Source: Cyanobacteria bacterium P01_A01_bin.123 (GTDB lineage Bacteria > Cyanobacteriota > Cyanobacteriia > Phormidesmidales > Phormidesmidaceae). Taken from it: a DNA stretch of 64,000 nt. The stretch spans positions 43,336 to 107,335 of the forward strand of contig JBCBZT010000027.1 in NCBI GenBank assembly GCA_039815185.1. Reading direction: 5' to 3'. The position numbers were made by a program, and so were the translations under genes. Every line of letters begins with the position of its first letter. The first letter of the stretch is position 1. The notes beneath the pieces are model-generated. The model made no database searches, was not told the DNA's origin, and saw only the letters and a list, made by a program, of their open reading frames with translations. Of this stretch, positions 38,864 through 49,735 are shown one piece after another.

Positions 38864-38943
38864 GTTGATGAGCTGATCACATATCTTTCATAGCGCTCCA
38901 ATTAGGTTACAACAGGGATAGTTTTACGAAAGTCTGTACTGCC

Positions 38944-41900
38944 ATGCGCGATCGCCAGTCACGACCCTTTGCCACCTTCGAAGCCCGGTGGGAAAGACTC
39001 AATCACTACTACTGTCAGATTCAAACCGTGATTTTGAGTCGGCAAAACCCGGTCACCGGGTTGCTGCCAGCCAGTACGGCGATTAGCGTCCATGGCGACT
39101 ACACTGACGCCTGGGTGCGCGATAACGTCTACAGCATCTTGGCCGTGTGGGGCTTAGCCCTGGGCTATCGCAAGCTCGACGAAAACCAAGGCCGCACCTA
39201 CGAACTCGAACAAAGCGTCGTTAAGCTGATGCGGGGGTTGCTGTTCGCCATGATGCAACAGTCGCCTAAGGTTGAACGGTTCAAGGAAACCCAAGACCCC
39301 CTTGATGCCCTCCATGCCAAGTACAACACTCGCACCGGCAACACTGTGGTGGGAGATGCGGAGTGGGGTCACCTACAGCTCGACGCGACGGCTTTATTTT
39401 TGCTGATGCTGGCCCAGATGACGGCTTCGGGGTTGCAAATCATCTTCACCCAGGATGAAGTCAACTTTGTGCAAAATCTGGTGTACTACATTGGCCGCGC
39501 TTATCGCACACCAGACTATGGCATTTGGGAACGAGGCAACAAAATTAACCACGGCAAACCCGAGCTCAATGCCAGTTCTGTGGGCATGGCCAAAGCGGCT
39601 TTGGAGGCTTTGGATGGGTTGAATTTATTCGGCGTGCGCGGCGGCCAGACCTCGGTGGTGCATGTATTGCGTGATGAAATTGCCCGTTCGCGCATTACCT
39701 TAGAATCGCTGCTCCCTCGGGAATCTGGTTCAAAAGAAGTGGACGCAGCGGTGCTCAGCGTCATTGGCTATCCAGCCTTTGCTGTGGACGATGCGGAACT
39801 CGCTGAACGAACCCGGCAAAAAATCATCGATAAGCTCCAGGGGAGCTATGGCTGTAAGCGATTTTTGCGCGATGGTCATCAAACGATGATTGAAGATACC
39901 GATCGGCTGCACTATGAACCCCAAGAACTGAAGCAGTTTGAACACATCGAGTGTGAATGGCCGCTGTTCTTTACCTACCTATATTTAGATAGCCTGTTTA
40001 AGGGCAATAGCCACCAGGGGTCAGTCTCTGATCATCGCGATCAGATCCAGTTTTACCAAACGCGCCTCCAAGCCGTGACTGTCGAACAAGCGGGCATGCC
40101 GCTACTGCCCGAACTCTACATTGTGCCAAAGGAGGCGATCGACGCCGAACGGCAAACCCCCCATAGCCAAACCCGCATCCCCAATCACAATGTGCCCCTG
40201 GTGTGGGCACAGAGTCTTTACTATTTAGGGCTGTTCTTGCAAGAAGGGCTGGTTACCCCTGGCGACCTTGATCCGTTGGGTCGCCATCTACGCGTTGGCC
40301 AACACCGCCGCCCGATCGTGCAGGTAACGCTGTTGGCCGAAGACCATACCCTGCAAACCCAATTGGCAACCTATGGTGTTTCGACCCAAACCTTAGAGCA
40401 GCTAGAGCCCCTGCAAGTGCATCAGTCGATTGAACTATCCTCGGTCTATGCTCAAATTGGCTGTAACCCTAAGCTTGCGCTCAGTGGTCGGCCCGTGCGG
40501 CGACTGCGGAGTCTAACCACGGCTCGGATCTTTCGCATCCACGGCGAAACCAGGGTGTTTCTCCCTTCTCACCTAGACCAGCAGCAGTTTTATCTCACTT
40601 TGGACTACCACTTCCTAGTGGCCCAAATTCGTGGAGAACTGGCCTACATCTTTGAGCACTGGAATGAACCGGGACGGCCCACGGTTACCCTGTTGCTGAC
40701 CCACGCCATGTTTGAAATTGACGATCAACCGATCCATGAATCCCCCTTGTTAGAGTTGCTCAAAGCGCTGATTGACGGTGCCTGTGGTGATATTCCGGTG
40801 AAAGTGGGGCCACTCTATCAGCTGATGCTGACGGCTGCTAGCGAACGCATTGACGATATGCACAGCTTGCAGTTTGATCCTTCCTTAACCCGATATATCC
40901 AGCCGGTATCGGCCTATCTCACCCTCAATCCAGAACACACCCGCCCCCTGACGGTGATTCAAGAGTTTGATTTAGAGCGAGAAAACAATGTGGACTTGCT
41001 GCTGCAAAAGCTGCACCAATCTGACAACCTGTATGAGCAAATTGAACTGCTTAGCACCCTGCGACGGTTACAGGACTTAAGGTTTGAAACTGATTTTGAT
41101 GGCGATCAGGGAATCATTAGCGTCGGCGATTTGCTCAACGAGATTTACATTAAGGCGGGCAAGCTTAAACTCTGGACGATCGTGCGGCGGGCTGCTGGAC
41201 TGTTGGAAAAAAGTGATGTCAGCCTCACCGATGCCTTGACTGAAATCTTAGTGCGGCAATTGCAAATTTCTGTCGGCAAAGCCTACAGCGAGGCGTCGCT
41301 GATTACTGACCCCATGCCCCACGTGGAGATTGTGGAGAAAATCCGCACCTTTTGTGGTGAAGACGTGCGCGATCGCATGCTGACCCAAGAAATCTTGATT
41401 TACCTGAGCATACTCATTCAATCTGATCCGCAACTGTTTGACGGGGTACTCACCCTGCGCATTGGCTACTTAATTCTGTTGATCACCAGTGAGCTGGCGC
41501 GGGAACTCAACCTCACCCAAGACGAGGCCCACGAAGCCCTCATGACCCTCAGCCCCTTTGACATCAAATTGCGACTGCGTCAGGTTTTAGCTGGGTATGC
41601 AGGCCTAAATCGCAACCTTTTCCGTCAAGAATCGCTGCGGTTGCGACCCCAACAATCTGTCAATTGGGCGGTGTTGCCTTCAGGCCCAGAGTTTGACATT
41701 GAAGCTGCTCCCCAAGAAGACTGGTGGCGCAAGCGGCAAATCGACGGTGAACTCAATCGTCTCCCCGAAAAGTTTTACACCCAAGTTTGGGAGCTACTGC
41801 GCCACTGTCAGGGGATTGTCATTGGCGATAAGCTAGAACGCCGCAATCGCATCACCAGCGAGCTGGTGTTGTCGGAAATGACGCCAGGGGAGCAGAATTT

Positions 41901-42258
41901 TGCCCTGATGCTGAACCATTTACTCAGCAAAATTGAAGCCCCAGAGTATCGTCATCTGAATGTGGAAGCCTTAGCAGAACTGTCTGAACTCTTAATGACC
42001 AACCCCGAGCTCCACTTCGATGACTTGATTGTGATGGACGTGTTGATCGGCCATGCCGTGCGCATTGCCTGGTTAGATGACCACAGCGATCGCCGCGATC
42101 GCTATGACGAAGATAAAGCCGCCGCCTGGCGCGCCTTCTATCAAAAATCCCCGCGCTACTGCGCCACCTACATTGCCAAAGCCCTCCAGTTCTTGAGCGA
42201 GCTGGGTGATTCTGAAGGTGCTCATTTATCAGAAACGCCAGCGATGGAAGCAACGTGA
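38944..42258 (+). CDS. Glycoside hydrolase family 15 / phosphorylase kinase alpha-beta-like protein
   Basis: RQNPVTGLLPAS, AWVRDNVY, GHLQLDA, PDYGIWERG, RFLRDG, ECEWPLF, PLVWAQSL. Confidence 0.9.
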   Translation: MRDRQSRPFATFEARWERLNHYYCQIQTVILSRQNPVTGLLPASTAISVHGDYTDAWVRDNVYSILAVWGLALGYRKLDENQGRTYELEQSVVKLMRGLLFAMMQQSPKVERFKETQDPLDALHAKYNTRTGNTVVGDAEWGHLQLDATALFLLMLAQMTASGLQIIFTQDEVNFVQNLVYYIGRAYRTPDYGIWERGNKINHGKPELNASSVGMAKAALEALDGLNLFGVRGGQTSVVHVLRDEIARSRITLESLLPRESGSKEVDAAVLSVIGYPAFAVDDAELAERTRQKIIDKLQGSYGCKRFLRDGHQTMIEDTDRLHYEPQELKQFEHIECEWPLFFTYLYLDSLFKGNSHQGSVSDHRDQIQFYQTRLQAVTVEQAGMPLLPELYIVPKEAIDAERQTPHSQTRIPNHNVPLVWAQSLYYLGLFLQEGLVTPGDLDPLGRHLRVGQHRRPIVQVTLLAEDHTLQTQLATYGVSTQTLEQLEPLQVHQSIELSSVYAQIGCNPKLALSGRPVRRLRSLTTARIFRIHGETRVFLPSHLDQQQFYLTLDYHFLVAQIRGELAYIFEHWNEPGRPTVTLLLTHAMFEIDDQPIHESPLLELLKALIDGACGDIPVKVGPLYQLMLTAASERIDDMHSLQFDPSLTRYIQPVSAYLTLNPEHTRPLTVIQEFDLERENNVDLLLQKLHQSDNLYEQIELLSTLRRLQDLRFETDFDGDQGIISVGDLLNEIYIKAGKLKLWTIVRRAAGLLEKSDVSLTDALTEILVRQLQISVGKAYSEASLITDPMPHVEIVEKIRTFCGEDVRDRMLTQEILIYLSILIQSDPQLFDGVLTLRIGYLILLITSELARELNLTQDEAHEALMTLSPFDIKLRLRQVLAGYAGLNRNLFRQESLRLRPQQSVNWAVLPSGPEFDIEAAPQEDWWRKRQIDGELNRLPEKFYTQVWELLRHCQGIVIGDKLERRNRITSELVLSEMTPGEQNFALMLNHLLSKIEAPEYRHLNVEALAELSELLMTNPELHFDDLIVMDVLIGHAVRIAWLDDHSDRRDRYDEDKAAAWRAFYQKSPRYCATYIAKALQFLSELGDSEGAHLSETPAMEAT

Positions 42259-42306
42259 TCGCCGCACTCAAATCCCCGGTGCTCAATCTTACAGATTATG
42301 GGCAGA

Positions 42307-42735
42307 TTATGGGGCACTTTCAGCCTTGTGCTTAAGACCCATGGCAAACTGCTCGAAGGCCGGGGTCAAGTCTGGGATCGAACGGGTGATCAAAGGAGCC
42401 ATCAACCCTGTAAAGTCTTCTTGCATATGGAACTCAACTGACTCGCCGCGATCGCTTGACAAGGTGAATGTTCGAGTCCCCGTGAACAGCCCCAACGGCA
42501 TACCGCCACGCCAAACCATTTTTTGACTGGGTACAAATTCCACAACTTTTACCGGAAAGGCTTGCTGACTGTTTTTTGCGTGAACCGTGATTTTTTCGTT
42601 GGGGCCGATATTACCGTCAATCTTTTCAACACTTTCATTCCATTCAGGGTATTTTGAGCCGTCAATGAGTATTGACCAGATGGTATCTGCGTCGGCATTA
42701 ATCGTTTGGGTGACACTGTAGGTTTTCACACCCAC
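42307..42735 (-). CDS. SRPBCC (polyketide cyclase/dehydrase-like) protein
   Basis: TINA..DTIWSIL.D..KYPEWN, WRGG..LGLFTG.R.F, MQEDFTGL, LKHKAE. Confidence 0.82.
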   Translation of the reverse strand: MGVKTYSVTQTINADADTIWSILIDGSKYPEWNESVEKIDGNIGPNEKITVHAKNSQQAFPVKVVEFVPSQKMVWRGGMPLGLFTGTRTFTLSSDRGESVEFHMQEDFTGLMAPLITRSIPDLTPAFEQFAMGLKHKAESAP

Positions 42736-42915
42736 TCCTTCATGGTTTGATAGTTCGGTTAACCAACGATAGCTTAGGGTTTGATCAGGCAGATCGCAAG
42801 TTGGCTGAGTCCAGGTTGATCATCAGACCGTTGTCGCGATACCAACTCAGCAAAAAGCTAGCTCGATCGATACCGAGCAGTTGCGCAGCAAGCCCAGATA
42901 AAATACGCTTCATAT

Positions 42916-42929
42916 AGTTCTTTTGTACT
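42916..42929 (+). promoter_or_regulatory. Possible LexA box upstream of the topoisomerase gene
   Basis: AGTTCTTTTGTACT differs by one base from the cyanobacterial AGWAC-N4-GTWCT consensus; about 65 bp before the start. Confidence 0.35.
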
Positions 42930-42994
42930 AAAATAAGCTTACTTAGAAAGCTTGCCTGATATTTCTAAGCGACTTATATCAGTACAAGGGCATC

Positions 42995-45232
42995 GTGATG
43001 ACCAATCTCCTGCTGATTGAAAGCCCCGGTAAATTGAAGAAGCTCAGCCAAATTCTTGGCCCTGGTTGGATCGTCAAAGCCAGTATGGGGCATATTCGGG
43101 AGCTGACGAATGATGGCGAAGATGCCCTGGGGTTTGACCTAGACGACAACCAAATCCACTGTCGCTATGCACCCAGGAACGATCGCGCCAAGCAGACCAT
43201 TACATCCCTACGGAAAGCTGTCAAACAAGCCCATACCGTTTACATCGCCACCGACCCAGACCGCGAAGGCGAAACCATTGGCTGGCATTTACAGCAGGCC
43301 CTGCGGCTGAAAAATCCTCGGCGGGTCGTCTACAGCGAAATTACCCCTGTGGCTGTCCGGCAGGCGATCGCCCATCCCCGCACCCTCGATCAGACGCTGA
43401 TCGCTGCTGGCCGGGCTCGTGATTGCCTAGACAAACTGGTGGGATACAAAGGCAGTCGTCATGTGGTGTGGCCCCTCAACAATGGTGCCAAGTCTATGGG
43501 CCGAGTTCAAAGCGCCACACTCCACCTGCTTTGCTTGCGAGAGCGGGAGATCCAAGCCTTTACACCCCAAGATTATTGGAGTGTCTGGGTCAGCTATCAA
43601 GCAGGGTTTAAGGCCTTTTACCGGCGTAAACCAACGGCCAGTCGTCGCAATTCAGAGACCACAAAGGATGATGCCGCGGCTAAAAAGGACGCCCCTGAGT
43701 CCGATCGAGTCATCACCCAAGCCGAAGCCGACCGCCTAGTCGCGATCGCCCGCACCAACCCCCACCAAGTGGTGACCGTCGAAGGCAAAATCAAACATCA
43801 GTCGCCCCCGCCCCCCTTCATCACCTCAACGCTGCAACAGTCAGCTGGTGCCAAACTGCGCTTCAACCCAGATAAGACAATGAAGGTGGCCCAGTCCCTC
43901 TATGAGGCAGGCCACATCACCTACATGCGCACTGATTCGGTTGTGCTGTCAGCGCCCTTTCGAGCCGCAGTACAAGATTATCTCAGCCAACATGATCCCA
44001 CTAATCTCCCCAAGCAAACGGCCAAGCATCGATCAGCCAAAGGTGCCCAAGCGGCCCATGAAGCGATTCGTCCCACAGATGTCAACCGCACGCCACAAGA
44101 GCTTAAAGGCAGGCTCTCCGCAGATGCCGCCCAACTCTATGACCTGATTTGGAACCGGGCTGTCGCCTCTCAATGCTGCCCAGCCCGACTGCGAAAGACG
44201 CGAATTGTCACCCAATCTGGAGAAGCCTTTTGGGAAGCCCGAGGCCAGGTCGTGGCGTTTGCCGGCTATACCTGCTATTGGCATAACCTGAGTGCGGAGT
44301 CTCAACTACCGACCCTCCAGCAGGGTCAACCGCTGCAGTTGCAGCAGGCCCAAGCAGACCAAAAGCAGACCCAACCCCCACCCCGATACACCGAGCCCAA
44401 ACTCGTGCAGTTGATGGAACGTCAGGGCATTGGTCGTCCGAGTACCTACGCGCCAACGATTAAGACGCTGCGGGAACGAACCTATGTCCAGTTAGTCAAG
44501 GGCAAACTCCAGCCAACCGAATTGGGGCTAGCTTTAGATGCTGCTTTGGAAAAATTGCTGCCCGATTTAATCCAGCCTGCGTTTACGGCACAAATGGAGG
44601 CGGAATTAGATGCGATCGCGACGGGTAAAAAAGACTGGCAAGCCTATCTCACCCATTGGTATCGGGAGTATTTTGCCCCAGCGTTAGATCAGGCCCGGAC
44701 GCAACTCAGAACGAGTGAAATCAGCAAAGTTGCGATCGCCAGTTCTACGCAGACGCCACCCCAGAAAAGTGAATTCCTGATCGATCAGCAACCCTTAACC
44801 CCCGCTCGCCCCAATGCCAAATCAGCAACTCTGAAGGGTACAAGCCAAAAAAGTAACGTCACGTGTCCTAAATGCGAGCAGGCCATGGACAAAATCTCTT
44901 CGCGCTCTAAAAAACTCAAGGCAAACCACTTTCTCAAATGCAGCGATCTGAGCTGCGGCACCGTGATGTTTTGGAACGCCAAAAAGAAAAGCTATGAACT
45001 GCCCTATAGCCAACAGTCTCAAGACCCAGACTCCTTCACTAATTATCCTTGCCCTAGCTGTGGCGCCTTACTAGAGCGTCATGCTTATCAAAAAGACGGC
45101 AAAGACAAAGTGATGCTGCGCTGCGCTCTGTTAGAAAATCGCCGAGGCAAATGTAAGGAGGTCGCCTTCTTTCAAAGTCGTGATGGTTTCTGGTCACCCA
45201 AGTTCGGCAACCTAAAAGTTCTAAAGACATAA
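42995..45232 (+). CDS. topA: Type IA DNA topoisomerase with C-terminal zinc-ribbon motifs
   Basis: IESPGK, ATDPDREGE (TOPRIM), GRVQS, HITYMRTDS (catalytic Tyr), AHEAIRPT, GIGRPSTYA; CPKC and CPSC zinc ribbons. Confidence 0.92.
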   Translation: MMTNLLLIESPGKLKKLSQILGPGWIVKASMGHIRELTNDGEDALGFDLDDNQIHCRYAPRNDRAKQTITSLRKAVKQAHTVYIATDPDREGETIGWHLQQALRLKNPRRVVYSEITPVAVRQAIAHPRTLDQTLIAAGRARDCLDKLVGYKGSRHVVWPLNNGAKSMGRVQSATLHLLCLREREIQAFTPQDYWSVWVSYQAGFKAFYRRKPTASRRNSETTKDDAAAKKDAPESDRVITQAEADRLVAIARTNPHQVVTVEGKIKHQSPPPPFITSTLQQSAGAKLRFNPDKTMKVAQSLYEAGHITYMRTDSVVLSAPFRAAVQDYLSQHDPTNLPKQTAKHRSAKGAQAAHEAIRPTDVNRTPQELKGRLSADAAQLYDLIWNRAVASQCCPARLRKTRIVTQSGEAFWEARGQVVAFAGYTCYWHNLSAESQLPTLQQGQPLQLQQAQADQKQTQPPPRYTEPKLVQLMERQGIGRPSTYAPTIKTLRERTYVQLVKGKLQPTELGLALDAALEKLLPDLIQPAFTAQMEAELDAIATGKKDWQAYLTHWYREYFAPALDQARTQLRTSEISKVAIASSTQTPPQKSEFLIDQQPLTPARPNAKSATLKGTSQKSNVTCPKCEQAMDKISSRSKKLKANHFLKCSDLSCGTVMFWNAKKKSYELPYSQQSQDPDSFTNYPCPSCGALLERHAYQKDGKDKVMLRCALLENRRGKCKEVAFFQSRDGFWSPKFGNLKVLKT

Positions 45233-45282
45233 CACCTTTAGCCCGTAATTTTTATGCCCTGCCAACCTGCGGAACGTTAGCT

Positions 45283-46503
45283 TTAGGGCCGGACAAGATG
45301 TTTTTGAATCATATCTAATAACGTTTGGGGCAGTGGCGGTTTCGCTAGGAACTCAGTGGCCCCTGCCATACGAGCCCGCGCCCGATCAATCGGAGTATTT
45401 TGTCCGGTCAGGATAATGATGGGTATTTTTTCAAATACAGGGGTATCGCGCAAAAATTTGCAAACACTGTAGCCGTCTGCATTAGGCAATAGCAAATCGA
45501 GCAAAATCAGGTTCGGTTTGTGCTCAATCAGCTGAGAAAAGCCCCGCATGGGCTCTTGAATCGTCAACACGCGATAGCCAGCTGAGACTAAAGTTTTTTT
45601 GAGGCTGTAGGCCAACACGGGGCTATCGTCAATGCAGGCGATTAGCGATTGAAGGGGAGATGTCGGGGGGCCTGGGGGCGGGGCCTGGGGGGTAGCCTGA
45701 GCAGCAGACTGGGGGGCAGCGGATCGAGGGGCAGTGGGTTGGGTGGCCTGAGTGCTAACCGGGGGGGCACCCGTTGGCGCGGGGGGCACCGACACAAGCG
45801 GGGACTTTAATACTAAATCAGGGATGGTTTTCAACACCAAGATTCCTTGCTCAGTCAATGGCATGAGGGATTGAGCGATGTCGGTGACGGATTTGTCGAG
45901 TTGTCCGGCAATATCCCAAAGCGTGAAGTCACCACTGAGGTATTGGCGATCAATGGGTAGCGAGTGGGCGGCGGCGGGGTTATTTAAGGTCGGTGCCAGC
46001 ATTGGGCTGAGCTGTTCTAAGCCCGCATCTTGCCATTGCTGGCGGAGGTGATTAACCCGATTTAAGGTCATTTGGATTTCCCATCCAGAGAGCCCGACAC
46101 TCTGATAGCTCAAGGAGATCGGCATGGGGCTGGGTTGCCAATTGTGTTTGAAGTTAGTGCAGGGGCTCAGCTCAAATAGACACTCTTGAGCAATCATCCG
46201 CACCACGAGTTTGACTCGGATCAAACTCAATTTCTGTTGATTAATACCCTGATCTAGCAAATGGACTTGCCAAGACTGGAGATCGACAGTCTGGAGCGGA
46301 TCGATCTGCCACTGCCAGTTTGGGAAATACTTTTTTAAGAGCCGATGCCAGCGTCGAACGGCATGGTGTTCATCCACGGCATACATGAGTTGACCCTGAA
46401 CAAAGTTGAGCGTCCAAGTCGTTTGGTCGCCCTCAATCATAAGATGTCCATTAAAGCGTTTGTCGGGGGGTGCTAAGAGGTCGGTCAATTCTGTAAGTTT
46501 CAT
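45283..46503 (-). CDS. PatA-family response regulator (PATAN + receiver)
   Basis: N-terminal FNGHL..WTLNF..GQL...RRWHR, Pro-rich linker, receiver domain IACIDDS, LLDLLLP, LTG, KP. Confidence 0.87.
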   Translation of the reverse strand: MKLTELTDLLAPPDKRFNGHLMIEGDQTTWTLNFVQGQLMYAVDEHHAVRRWHRLLKKYFPNWQWQIDPLQTVDLQSWQVHLLDQGINQQKLSLIRVKLVVRMIAQECLFELSPCTNFKHNWQPSPMPISLSYQSVGLSGWEIQMTLNRVNHLRQQWQDAGLEQLSPMLAPTLNNPAAAHSLPIDRQYLSGDFTLWDIAGQLDKSVTDIAQSLMPLTEQGILVLKTIPDLVLKSPLVSVPPAPTGAPPVSTQATQPTAPRSAAPQSAAQATPQAPPPGPPTSPLQSLIACIDDSPVLAYSLKKTLVSAGYRVLTIQEPMRGFSQLIEHKPNLILLDLLLPNADGYSVCKFLRDTPVFEKIPIIILTGQNTPIDRARARMAGATEFLAKPPLPQTLLDMIQKHLVRP

Positions 46504-47707
46504 CTTCGATAATTAAGATGTTTGGCAACTTTAAGGGATTTAAAAATTTTCGTTTTGGGTCAGTTTGAGCATCTGCTTTTGATCAAGCTTGCCAGACTTA
46601 AACCACATCCGATTTGCAACTTGAAGTTTTAGCTTAAAGAAAATCGTGGAGCTGGGTGTAGATGCGGTTTATAATTTGCCCGATTTATAAAATGAATGCA
46701 CCGATCAAGCGGGGCGAATAAACTATCCCGTTATGTCCAACTTTCAGGTGCTTTCAGAGAGATCAGGATGTATTTTGGGTAGGGTTTGTGACTGGGGCTT
46801 GAGCGTAATCACCTCAGTGTTTGAGTACTAGCGGAAGCTTTCAATGATCATTTTGATACCAACAACCTGGTTCGAGTGATTAATATAATTTGAGGCTTTA
46901 ACGCTTGTCCTAGGATCGATACACCGATTTTGTCGTGAGCCCTATCCAAATTAATCGCGACCAATGTTTAAACTAATAACCTTTAAACTAATAAACTAAA
47001 CGTATTTTTCTAGACAGCGTGTCTACATGGAAGCAAGTTTAATGCTGATTACAACTTCTTTAAAGGTATTATGAAGTTGTGGTTAGATTGATTTTGTTCC
47101 CTGCGATCGCCCCTTAAGCTAGTGGATGATTTAGAAGCTGCCAATTAACTTCTGGCATTCTAGAGTGGCGGTGCATATTGTGAGGAGAAATCATGGAGAT
47201 TCGCTGCATCTAGCCTTGATTTTTGTAAATCTGCCCTGATCCTCAACGAGCACCCAGGAAAGTGGTCTGGGTCATCTTGATTCCCTGGATGTTACTAATA
47301 TTTTTTCATTGTGGAGCAAGGTTTTTGGGGTGACAACCCATGCTCAATTCTTTTGATGCTTCCCTCGTCTCATGGTCTGGTTTCATGGTTAGACTCGGCT
47401 GATTTGATTTGAGGCTTGGGAAAGCGCATACACTTCCAGACTTTTGTGATTTTTTTGTAAACGCAGTCATCAGCCAGCAACTTGCTTAAGTGGTATTTAC
47501 CACTTTAGTGCGGTTTCGGTAGCTAAATTTTTTGTTGAATTGAGCACGTAGGATCTGAGGCTTAACGTTTCAACCTGTGACTCAAATTTTGGCATAACCC
47601 CTGATACAAGGGCTCGGCTTTTATTGCTGTCTTTTTGTCTTTAAACCCACACTCTAACGTCGGTGAGGGATTCGGTCTAATATCTAATCTTAGAAAGGTG
47701 AATTTTC

Positions 47708-49597
47708 ATGGGTTTCAACTTATTCGGTGGTTTTCAGAAGCTCAAGATTCAGCATCAACTCATTCTGCTTGTTTTTTTGAGTGCGCTCATTCCTGCTTCA
47801 ACAGTAGGTTTACTCGGTACAATTTCTGCGAGCAATTCCCTCTCAACCAACGCTGTTGATTCTCTTCAAAATAAAGCAGAACGTGGCATAAATGAAATCG
47901 ATAATTTTCTAAGCGGCCTCAATGAGGATATTTTGTTTATTAGCAAAATGCCCCCGGTTCAGGGAATAGTTCGAGCACAAGCCAATGGTGGAACGGATCC
48001 TGAAGATAATTCTTCCTATGACGAGTGGGTTGAGCGATTGGAAGTACTCTTTGTCAGCATGATTGAGGAAAAGTCCTACTACATGCAACTACGGTATTTG
48101 GATGAAGACGGTAATGAGCTGGTGCGGGTTGACTCAGATGGCAGCACGGTCGAAGTCATTCCAACCTCCGAGCTGCAAAATAAAGGGGATCGCAGCTATT
48201 TTATTGAGACAGTGGCGTTATCTTCTGGGAGTGTCTATGTCTCCCCCATAGAACTTAACCAGGAACAAGGGATGATTGAAGAACCCTATAACCCCGTTAT
48301 GCGATACGCAACACCGATCGTAGATTCGGCGGGTCAGCAAAGGGGGATGGTCATCGCCAATATCTTTGCAGAGCAGATTTTAGGTGAATTGGCCAAAACC
48401 GCAGGTGAATTTCAAGGTGAGGAACTGCTGCTAGTTAATCAAGATGGATACTATCTTACCCACCCCAACCCAGACAAACTTTGGGGGTTTGATTTAGGCA
48501 AGGAAGAAACCCTGGCGAATGATTTTTCCTCAGCCATTGCTGATCAAATTCTCAATAATGAAGCGGGTACCATTGATACGGGTCACAATATTCTGGCGCA
48601 TCAAAAGTTTGTGCCAAACTCAGAACAATCTCATGCTGTATTTGCGATTACCCAAGTGCCAAAAGGAAGCGTTTTTAGTTCAGTTAACGCATTCAAGCTC
48701 TTTGCTAGCCTAACGGTTTTAATCTCCTTGGGATTAGTGATTCCGGTTGCAATTTTGCGGGGACGACAATTGATTGTGTTGCTGGAAAGACTTGCAGCTA
48801 ACATTTCGACCTCCAGCCAAGAGATAGCCTCTGCAGTCGATGAACAGGAACACATTGCCAGCCAGCAGGCCGCTTCGGTAAACGAAACTACCACCACCAT
48901 GAATGAGCTAGAAGCTTCATCTCGCCATGCGGCAGAACAGGCAGCAGCAGCAGTTGAAGCGGCTAAAAAAGCAGCAGCCTCATCAGACAAAGGCTCCCTA
49001 ACCGTGGGTGAAAGCTTGGAGGGGATGTTTACCTTAGAGCAAAAGGTTGATTCAATTGCCGATCAAATTGTCACCCTCAGCGGCCAGGCCAATCAAATTG
49101 GCAGCATCTCGCAATTGGTGATTGACTTTGCTAACCAAACCAACATGCTGGCGCTCAACTCTTCAGTTGAGGCGGTGCGGGCTGGGGAACATGGTAAGGG
49201 TTTTGCGGTGGTGGCTAATGAGATTCGTAAATTGGCAGACCAAAGCCAACAGTCTGCCGACAAAATCAACACCCTGGTATCTGAGATTCAAAAGGCCATC
49301 AATGAAACCGTGATGGTGACCGAAGAAGGCACCAAAACGGTAAAAGCAGGTGTGCAAGTTGCCAAACGCACTGAGGAAGCTTTTGGTGAAGTCAAGGAGG
49401 CGGTCAATCAGGTGGTGCTGAACAATCAACAGGTCTCCCTCAATCTAAAACAACAGGTAAACGCCATCGAACAGGTGGTGGTGGCGATGGAAGTGATCGA
49501 CCGGGGGGCGAAGGAGACCGCCAGTGGTATGGGCCAAACTAAGGCAGGGACACAGCAACTGAATGAAGCGGCCCAGGGCTTACAGCAAATGGTATAG
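47708..49597 (+). CDS. Methyl-accepting chemotaxis protein with periplasmic Cache domain
   Basis: Two TM segments; [45 protein letters not shown] signalling hairpin. Confidence 0.93.
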   Translation: MGFNLFGGFQKLKIQHQLILLVFLSALIPASTVGLLGTISASNSLSTNAVDSLQNKAERGINEIDNFLSGLNEDILFISKMPPVQGIVRAQANGGTDPEDNSSYDEWVERLEVLFVSMIEEKSYYMQLRYLDEDGNELVRVDSDGSTVEVIPTSELQNKGDRSYFIETVALSSGSVYVSPIELNQEQGMIEEPYNPVMRYATPIVDSAGQQRGMVIANIFAEQILGELAKTAGEFQGEELLLVNQDGYYLTHPNPDKLWGFDLGKEETLANDFSSAIADQILNNEAGTIDTGHNILAHQKFVPNSEQSHAVFAITQVPKGSVFSSVNAFKLFASLTVLISLGLVIPVAILRGRQLIVLLERLAANISTSSQEIASAVDEQEHIASQQAASVNETTTTMNELEASSRHAAEQAAAAVEAAKKAAASSDKGSLTVGESLEGMFTLEQKVDSIADQIVTLSGQANQIGSISQLVIDFANQTNMLALNSSVEAVRAGEHGKGFAVVANEIRKLADQSQQSADKINTLVSEIQKAINETVMVTEEGTKTVKAGVQVAKRTEEAFGEVKEAVNQVVLNNQQVSLNLKQQVNAIEQVVVAMEVIDRGAKETASGMGQTKAGTQQLNEAAQGLQQMV

Positions 49598-49696
49598 CGT
49601 TAGCCACAAGGTTTTGTGCGCTAACGAGAGCCAGATTGCTTGTGGACTCAGCATCCCAACGATACTGGGTGCGTTCAGCAATCTGGCCAGCGCTAC
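49595..49696 (+). repeat. ~100-bp palindromic dispersed repeat, copy 2
   Basis: tagcgttagcc...gccagattgctt...cagcaatctggccagcgcta. Confidence 0.85.
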
Positions 49697-49735
49697 ATAG
49701 GCCAACGGTAATCTCACCCCTGATGGTTCAACAGC

